From Patescibacteria group bacterium (lineage in GTDB: Bacteria; Patescibacteriota; Patescibacteriia; SG8-24; DYFX01): DNA of 64,000 nucleotides. Below the pieces are notes generated by a model. That model was not told where the DNA came from. It saw only the letters and a list, made by a program, of their open reading frames with translations, and did not search any database. Each line of letters begins with the position of its first letter. The stretch's first letter is position 1. Shown here in pieces: positions 57,737-64,000 of this stretch. The stretch spans positions 42,982 to 106,981 of the forward strand of contig JBBTWH010000001.1 in NCBI GenBank assembly GCA_038062835.1, written 5' to 3'. Made by a program: the position numbers and the translations under genes.

Positions 57737-58891
57737 TTACTGGAAGAGGCGGGGGTTCACCCGGACGATCTTGTCGTCGCCATCCCTCGGCGCCCCGCGT
57801 CCGTCCATGTTCGAGGTCGTGAAGTACAGCAGCTTGTCCGGGCCGATCGCGACCGCGCGGATGCGGCCGAACTCCTTCTCGAAGTGCGAGATGACGGTGA
57901 CCGGACTCTCGTCGATCTTGGCCTGATAGAGCGCTTCGCCGCGCAGGCCGCCGAAGAAGAGGCTGTCGGCGTGGAACGCCATGCCTCCGGGCGCCCAGGT
58001 GTCAGTCGCTCCGGAATGTACGACCGGCTTGCGCATGCCGTCGGCTTCCCTGTCGCCCTCGATGGAGGGCCAGCCGTAGTTCTGCCCTGGCTCGATGACG
58101 TTCAGCTCGTCAAGGCCGGACTTCACGCCGGAGCGTCCGTGCTCGACAGCCCATAGCCGGCCTTGGCCGTCCCAGGCGAGGCCTTGCGGATTGCGGTGGC
58201 CGTACGACCAGACCGCCGTGCCGAACGGATTGTCGCTCGGGATCGTCCCGTCGTCGTTCAGGCGAAGGATCTTGCCCGCCAGCGAATTCAGGTCTTGCGC
58301 GAGCGCGCCCTGCGTGGCGTCGCCGGTCGTGACGTAAAGCTTTCCGTCGCGTCCGAATGCGAGCTCTCCCCCGTCGTGATAGATGGCGCCCGGGATGTTC
58401 TGGAGGATCGTCGTGCGTTCGACGAGCGAAGCGGCTTCAAGACGATACCGATCGACGCGGTTCCTGGCGGCGCCCGAGGCCGTGACGGTCCGATACAGGT
58501 AGACAAACCCGTTCTCTTCGAACTTCGGATGGACGGCCACTCCCAGCAGTCCGCCCTCGCCGCCGTCGCGCACGTCGTCGATGCCGTAAATTTCCGCCGC
58601 CCTGCCATCGGGAGCGACGCGCTTGAGCCGCCCCGGACGCTCCGTCACGAGCATGCCGCCGTCCGGCAGGAAGGCGATCTCCCACGGGATCTCAAGGCCG
58701 CTCGCGACCACCTTGAAGTCGGCTTCCTGCATATCCTGGCGCAGCACGCCCTCGGCGACGATGCTCGGGCCTTCCGGCAGCATCGATTCGACGGTGTATA
58801 GGACGCGGCCGCGGTAGGCGTAGAATCCAAATGCCGCGACCGCGACAGCCACGCAGGCGAGAATCGACCTGATTCCTTTAGGGAACTTCAT
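57737..58891 (-). CDS. PQQ-dependent sugar dehydrogenase (GSDH/YliI family)
   Basis: PW..AFLPDG..LVTER.G, GEGGLL, H.GG...FG.DG.LY, YGHRNPQG, NYGWP. Confidence 0.9.
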   Translation of the reverse strand: MKFPKGIRSILACVAVAVAAFGFYAYRGRVLYTVESMLPEGPSIVAEGVLRQDMQEADFKVVASGLEIPWEIAFLPDGGMLVTERPGRLKRVAPDGRAAEIYGIDDVRDGGEGGLLGVAVHPKFEENGFVYLYRTVTASGAARNRVDRYRLEAASLVERTTILQNIPGAIYHDGGELAFGRDGKLYVTTGDATQGALAQDLNSLAGKILRLNDDGTIPSDNPFGTAVWSYGHRNPQGLAWDGQGRLWAVEHGRSGVKSGLDELNVIEPGQNYGWPSIEGDREADGMRKPVVHSGATDTWAPGGMAFHADSLFFGGLRGEALYQAKIDESPVTVISHFEKEFGRIRAVAIGPDKLLYFTTSNMDGRGAPRDGDDKIVRVNPRLFQ

Positions 58892-58967
58892 GGCCTTCAG
58901 TATATCACGGGTCGACATGCGGGAGATTCGCCAATAATAAAAATCCCCCGTGGTGCGAGGGATACGC

Positions 58968-59732
58968 CTACTTGGAAGGCGGCGGGATGCTGATCGTGAC
59001 GCGTTCGAGCTGCGAAGTGCCGTCACCGACCGCGACGGGACCTTGGCCTGGAAAGGACGTGAGGTAGCCGATATTGGCGCCATCGAGGAACTTCCGGATG
59101 GTGTCGATGCGGATGGCCACGCGGACGACGATCTGCCGGCCGTCGTTCGGACCGGTCGGGATCAGCGCCCTCATCAGGCCGATGAGCTTGCCGTTGCGGG
59201 CGAGAAAGATGCCGGAACCGGACGTGCCGGGGACGCCGTCGAGTTCTATGAGCAGGGCGTCCTCGTCCCCTTCAAGTAGGTCGTAGTCGACCGTCTTGAC
59301 GGCGCCCTTGGAGCCGAGCTCCCCGAGGTCGTACGGGAACCCGATGTTGTAGACGTCGTCGAGCAGGTGTACCTCGGAGAGATCGGCCAGGACGACCGCG
59401 CGCGTGAAGCGGCGTTCGACCTTGATGACCGCGAGGTCGTGCACCTCGTCCCAGCCGACCACCTTGGCGGGGTACGCCACGGCGGCGGCGTCGCCCTCGG
59501 CGATGTTGATGATCAGCTCGCGCCGACCATCGCCCGCCACATGGTGGCACGTCAGGAGCAGGCCGTTCTCGGCGTCGATGACGACGGCGGAACCGTGGCC
59601 CATCGGCAGGATATCGACGCGGTGCGTCGCCTCCTCGTTGTCGTCGATCTTCGGCGTTTCCGGGCCCCTCGTGCGCGACGCGCACGCGGCCAGGAACACG
59701 CACCCCACGATCGTCATTTTCGTTCCGCGCAT
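58968..59732 (-). CDS. Trypsin-like serine protease, probable lipoprotein
   Basis: LAAC lipobox; TCHHV, DLAVIK, GTSGSG catalytic triad. Confidence 0.85.
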   Translation of the reverse strand: MRGTKMTIVGCVFLAACASRTRGPETPKIDDNEEATHRVDILPMGHGSAVVIDAENGLLLTCHHVAGDGRRELIINIAEGDAAAVAYPAKVVGWDEVHDLAVIKVERRFTRAVVLADLSEVHLLDDVYNIGFPYDLGELGSKGAVKTVDYDLLEGDEDALLIELDGVPGTSGSGIFLARNGKLIGLMRALIPTGPNDGRQIVVRVAIRIDTIRKFLDGANIGYLTSFPGQGPVAVGDGTSQLERVTISIPPPSK

Positions 59733-59842
59733 CGCATCCTCCTGTTTGGTTCGTCGACAAAGATCTCCTGGAAACACTCTATCACAGGCGAATGAACGGG
59801 CAACTCCGGCACATCCACAGTTTCTGATATACTGTCTGCGAT

Positions 59843-61015
59843 ATGCGCTACGCCTTCGCCGCCATCCTCATCGCCTTCAGCCTCGCGGCCGCGCCGGTCC
59901 AGGCCAAGGCTCCCGCCGATTTCTTCAAGTCCATCCCCCACGACTTCGCGACGGGAGCGAGGTTCTACTTCGAGACGGTCGGCGGCTGGCTATCGGACCT
60001 GTTCGACCTGCTCGGCCTATCCGGCAAGCTGACCTACGTGACCGAAGGCGGAGATTGCGTGCAGGCCACGCGCTGCTCCCTCGGACTGGTCTGCGTGAAC
60101 GACTGCGAGGGCGGCGACTGCGACGTCTACGCCAAACGCTGCCTGAAAGGACCCGATCGCGTCGACGTCCTTGGCGAGTATTCCACGTGCGGCGAGAGCG
60201 GGGAGATCTGTTCCGACGGCACGTTTTGCGCGCGCGTCTGCCCCAGAGGGGCGGACTGCGGCGGCGTCACGCATCGCTGCATGCGCCCCATCGAACTCGA
60301 CGAGGCCTGCGCGCCCGCCGCCGATTGCCGCGCGGCGTGCGCGAAATACCCGTTCGCTCCCATCGGCCCATCCGCGTACGTCGCGAGGTGCGGCGGCGGA
60401 TCATGCGCCTGCGAGCCTGTCGTGATCGCGCCCGAGGCTGAGCGCGTCGAATGCCCGCCCGGGCTGGAAACGGAAATCGCCTGTCCGGCAGGCACCCACC
60501 CCGCCTGCACGCCCGCCGCCTGCCCGTCCGGCATCTGCCAGCCGTATCTGACGTGCCTCTCCGACCCCGCCTACGGCGGCATCTGTCTCGACGCCTCCGA
60601 GTGCGCGGATTCGGAGTGCGCGGAAGGCGCGTCCCCGTTCTGTGACGGTTCAGACCGACGCTGCAAGTGCCGCTCCTCCGAAATCAAGACCATCGCCTGC
60701 GCTTCCCCTTCCGATTGTGAAGCCTCGCTTGCCTGCGGCGCGAACGAAGTCCACGCCTGCGTCGAAGGCGCCTGCGCCTGCGCCCCGGCAGGAGTCGTCA
60801 CGTCCTGCTCGTCCGCCTCCGAATGCTCTTCCGACTGCCCCGAAGGATATGGACCGGCCTGCGTCGAAGGCGCCTGCGCCTGCCAGCGCGTCACTGAGAA
60901 CGTGCCGGTCGCCTGCCAGGACGTCGACCAATGCGGCGGCGTCTCCTGCCCCGCCGGCTTCGACAAGGCCTGCATCGACGCGAAGTGCGCCTGCACCCGC
61001 ACGGTCCAGCAGTAA
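59843..61015 (+). CDS. Secreted cysteine-rich protein with eight 6-Cys modules
   Basis: Signal peptide ending VQA; 48 Cys counted by hand. Confidence 0.8.
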   Translation: MRYAFAAILIAFSLAAAPVQAKAPADFFKSIPHDFATGARFYFETVGGWLSDLFDLLGLSGKLTYVTEGGDCVQATRCSLGLVCVNDCEGGDCDVYAKRCLKGPDRVDVLGEYSTCGESGEICSDGTFCARVCPRGADCGGVTHRCMRPIELDEACAPAADCRAACAKYPFAPIGPSAYVARCGGGSCACEPVVIAPEAERVECPPGLETEIACPAGTHPACTPAACPSGICQPYLTCLSDPAYGGICLDASECADSECAEGASPFCDGSDRRCKCRSSEIKTIACASPSDCEASLACGANEVHACVEGACACAPAGVVTSCSSASECSSDCPEGYGPACVEGACACQRVTENVPVACQDVDQCGGVSCPAGFDKACIDAKCACTRTVQQ

Positions 61016-61020
61016 TAAGG

Positions 61021-61049
61021 TTGACGGAACCCCCGAAAAAGGCTAGCCT
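61021..61049 (+). promoter_or_regulatory. sigma70 promoter of rlmD-era
   Basis: TTGACG-17 nt-TAGCCT, 9 nt before ATG. Confidence 0.6.
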
Positions 61050-61058
61050 TGGCCGGAC

Positions 61059-62375
61059 ATGAAGTACGGACAAGCGCTCACGATGAAGGTCGATGGATTC
61101 GACGAACGCGGCCGCGGCATCGGGAAGACCGATGCGAAAGCGACGGCCGCGTATTTCGTCATTCCCGGCGAGACCGTCGAGGGTATCTTCGTCGGCCGCA
61201 AGCAGGGCACGGCGCGCCTCGGCGATGCCGTCGTCACCCAGGCCTCGCCGGACCGCGTGAAGCCCGAATGTCCGCACGCCGGCTCATGCGGCGGCTGCGC
61301 CTGGCAGCATGTCGCGTATGAGCGCCAGCTCAAGGAGAAGATCGCGATGATCGACGTGGCCTTCAAGGCCGCCGGCGTACCGCTCTCCGTCGGCCGCGCC
61401 ATCCCGGCTGGCGAACTCTTCCATCACCGCAACCGGATGGATTACGTCTTCGGCCCGAAGGGCGAGCTCGGACTCAAGGAACCAGGCCGCTGGGACAAGC
61501 ATCTCGATCTCGCCACCTGCTTAATGCTTTCCGCCGACGGCTTCGAGGTCGTGAGGCGCGTGAAGGCATGGGTGAAGACCACATCGCACATGCCGTGGGA
61601 CAACCGCTGCCATCAAGGCTTCCTGCGCTACCTCGTGGTGCGCGAAGGCAAGTTCAGCGGCGAGAGGCTCGCCACGCTCGTGACATCGGCAGGCGAGCTC
61701 GAGAACGAGGAGGGGCTGATGGAAGCGCTCGATCCGCTCTGTACCTCGATCGTGCACGGCGTGAACCACACGATCACCGACATCTCGACCGCCGCGACGC
61801 TCCGTCCGCTGAAGGGCGAGGCGCTCCTCCGCGAGAAGATCGGCGGCGTGAGCTACCGCATCCATCCCAACGCCTTCTTCCAGACCAACAGCCGCATGGC
61901 CGAGGTCCTGCTCCAGGAAGTGAAGGCCTTCGTGAAGTCCGGCACGCATGCGAAGCTCCTCGACCTGTATTGCGGCGGCGGATTCTTCTCCCTCGGCCTC
62001 GCCGGGGACGTCGAGTCCGCGCTGGGCGTGGAGCTCGACGCGCCCGCCATCGAGCAGGCTAAGATGACCGCCGACGAGAACGGCATCAAGAACGTCCGCT
62101 TCCTCGCCGAAGCCGCCGAGAAGCTTTCCTGGGAGACCGAGGCGCCGGACGTCGTCATCGTCGATCCGCCGAGGAGCGGACTCCACCCCGCCGTGCGCCG
62201 CACGCTGATGGAGCGACGGCCTGAACGCATCGTCTACGTCTCCTGCAACTTCCGCACGCTGGCGACCGATCTCAAGGACTTGTTGCGCGCCTACAAGGCC
62301 GAACCTGCCGTCGCCGTCGACCTCTTCCCGCATACGCCGCATATCGAAACTCTGGTACACTTGACCCGCATATGA
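61059..62375 (+). CDS. rlmD: 23S rRNA m5U methyltransferase (RlmD/RumA family)
   Basis: CPH..SCGGC, AFFQTN, DLYCG.G, DPPR.G, YVSCN, DLFPHT.H.E. Confidence 0.9.
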   Translation: MKYGQALTMKVDGFDERGRGIGKTDAKATAAYFVIPGETVEGIFVGRKQGTARLGDAVVTQASPDRVKPECPHAGSCGGCAWQHVAYERQLKEKIAMIDVAFKAAGVPLSVGRAIPAGELFHHRNRMDYVFGPKGELGLKEPGRWDKHLDLATCLMLSADGFEVVRRVKAWVKTTSHMPWDNRCHQGFLRYLVVREGKFSGERLATLVTSAGELENEEGLMEALDPLCTSIVHGVNHTITDISTAATLRPLKGEALLREKIGGVSYRIHPNAFFQTNSRMAEVLLQEVKAFVKSGTHAKLLDLYCGGGFFSLGLAGDVESALGVELDAPAIEQAKMTADENGIKNVRFLAEAAEKLSWETEAPDVVIVDPPRSGLHPAVRRTLMERRPERIVYVSCNFRTLATDLKDLLRAYKAEPAVAVDLFPHTPHIETLVHLTRI

Positions 62376-63262
62376 AAGTCGGATTCGTCGCCCTCGTCGG
62401 GCGCTCCAACACCGGAAAATCCACCCTGCTGAACGCGCTGGTCGGCACGAAGGTCGCCATCACCACGCCGAAGCCGCAGACCACCCGCCAGGCCATCCAG
62501 GGCGTGCTTCACGGCGCCGAGGGCCAGATCATCTTCGTCGACACGCCAGGCATCTTCCGCAAGCGCCGTGACGCCGTCACCAACCGCATGAACGCGGCCG
62601 CCAAGGGCGCGCTCGAGGACGTCGACCTGGTGCTCTACGTCGTCGATCCGACCCGCGCCATCGGAGAAGAGGAGGAGGACATCCTGAAACTCATCGCCGA
62701 CGTGAAGTCGCGGAAGCTCCTCGTCATCAACAAGATCGACGAGCCGCGTCCGCGCTATCTCGAGGACTATCGCGCCCTCGCGCCGGACTTCGACGGAAAG
62801 GTCGAGGTATCCGCGCTCAAGCTCACGCACCTGAAGTCGCTCCTCAAGGAGATTTACGCGCGCCTGCCGGAAGGCGAGCCGGTCTACCCCGAGCACCAGA
62901 TCACCAACATCGACAACAAGACCTGGTACGGCGAGCTGATCCGCGAGAAGGTCTTCATGGCGCTCTACCAGGAAGTCCCCTACACGATCGCCGTCGAGGT
63001 CGACGAGATCGAGATGCGACCGTCGAAAGGCGGCCGCGTAAAGCCTGACGGCCACGCGGCAGGCAATGAGATCCTCTACATCAAGGCGCGCATCCTGACC
63101 GACTCCGACCAGCACAAGCGCATGATCATCGGCGCCGGCGGCATGATGATCCGCAAGATCGGCATGAACGTCCGCAAGGAGCTCGAGCATATCCAGGGCA
63201 AGAAAGCCTTCCTGGACCTCGAAGTCGTCACGGATCCCCATTGGCCCGAGCGGATGCAGTAA
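62372..63262 (+). CDS. era: GTPase Era
   Basis: GFVALVGRSNTGKSTL, PQTTR, DTPG, NKID, KH domain. Confidence 0.96.
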   Translation: MKVGFVALVGRSNTGKSTLLNALVGTKVAITTPKPQTTRQAIQGVLHGAEGQIIFVDTPGIFRKRRDAVTNRMNAAAKGALEDVDLVLYVVDPTRAIGEEEEDILKLIADVKSRKLLVINKIDEPRPRYLEDYRALAPDFDGKVEVSALKLTHLKSLLKEIYARLPEGEPVYPEHQITNIDNKTWYGELIREKVFMALYQEVPYTIAVEVDEIEMRPSKGGRVKPDGHAAGNEILYIKARILTDSDQHKRMIIGAGGMMIRKIGMNVRKELEHIQGKKAFLDLEVVTDPHWPERMQ

Positions 63263-63326
63263 GCTCATCCATCAATCGTCTGGCAAACCGACGCGGATCG
63301 GTGCCTGGCACCTAGGTGCCACGAAA

Positions 63327-63358
63327 GATGCCCGGCGCCTTTTCGGGCGCCGGGCATC
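63327..63358. terminator. GC-rich hairpin: terminator and/or DGR cis hairpin
   Basis: GATGCCCGGCGCC-6 nt-GGCGCCGGGCATC. Confidence 0.55.
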
Positions 63359-63401
63359 AACCGGACAAAGGACTAAGTGTCCAAGTGCACGAGCTATAGG
63401 C

Positions 63402-64000
63402 CTAAGTAACCGAGGACTGCTTGCGGGGAACGAACACGAACGAATCGTCCGGATGCCACCCACCGCCGGGCCTCCCGCTAATCGCGTCCAGCCACGACCC
63501 GCCGCCGCTGCGCCCCACGAAGAACACGCTCGGGCCGACGTAGCGGTCCGCCAATGGTTCCATCGCCACGATGACATCATCGTTCATAACTTGCTCCTTC
63601 ATCGATAGGCGTAGTGCCGGACCGGCCTCGGCAGGAGCGTGGTCGAGGCCGAGTTCCTTGGCCCTTTTCAGGATTTCGTCATAGCGCGTGTAGGCGGTGA
63701 AGCCAAGCGCCTCGACCGTAAGGCGGATGAGTTCGGTTTCCTGTTTTTCCTTCGAGGTCGACGTCTTGCGAAGGATGTCCTTCGCCCGATCCGTGATCTC
63801 GAAGCTTTCCATGGCGAGTTCCGCCTCATATTCCTCCGGCGTCTTGCCGCCGAGTTCGAGCTTGAAGCGCTCGATGCGGCCTTCGGGAAAGGAGGTGTAG
63901 AGGTGTTCCAGATGCGAGAGCGCGTCAAAGACGCCGGGGAAGAGGGGTCCGACGTAGGCTTTGGTGGAGGATGTGATTTCGTCCTGGTTCCAGGCGATCT
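63402..64000 (-). CDS. DGR-target-like (C-type lectin fold) protein, 5'-truncated by window edge
   Basis: Frame open to the window end (TKAYVGPLFPG...HLYTSFPEG); C-terminus P.E.GP.LRL...AMEP..D...P.VF...R....WL.......W.....FVF. Confidence 0.72.
   Translation of the reverse strand, partial: IAWNQDEITSSTKAYVGPLFPGVFDALSHLEHLYTSFPEGRIERFKLELGGKTPEEYEAELAMESFEITDRAKDILRKTSTSKEKQETELIRLTVEALGFTAYTRYDEILKRAKELGLDHAPAEAGPALRLSMKEQVMNDDVIVAMEPLADRYVGPSVFFVGRSGGGSWLDAISGRPGGGWHPDDSFVFVPRKQSSVT

Noticed and set aside
63402-64000. Complete DGR cassette
   Set aside because: No reverse transcriptase, accessory gene or adenine-rich template repeat found in this window; only a target-like gene is supported

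Overview
High-GC bacterial chromosomal segment. Gene content and protein families point to Patescibacteria/CPR (inference). It carries housekeeping genes (rpoD, dnaG, lgt, gatA, gatC, ligA, rnhA, recJ, lepA, murJ, rlmD-family, era, tRNA-Ser) and a ~17 kb type IV pilus cluster headed by two large Cys/Asp-rich surface proteins. A fermentation operon links a 2-oxoacid:ferredoxin oxidoreductase, PduL and acetate kinase. An accessory region at ~2.6-7 kb abuts a tRNA. The most interesting signals lie outside the ORF track. (1) A tRNA-Asn(GUU) is split inside its anticodon by a 546-nt group I intron carrying an HNH endonuclease ORF. (2) An unannotated ~325-nt structured RNA with its own promoter-like and terminator signals sits after murJ. 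(3) Three paralogous ~50-aa micro-proteins occur at 2.6-4 kb. (4) An 83-bp duplication gave a surface-protein gene the promoter and N-terminus of the oxidoreductase alpha gene. (5) A secreted protein is built of eight 6-Cys modules, several with defensin-like spacing. (6) A palindromic element appears inserted in frame in recJ. (7) A DGR-target-like gene lies at the right edge. All family assignments come from motif recognition by eye; no searches were run.
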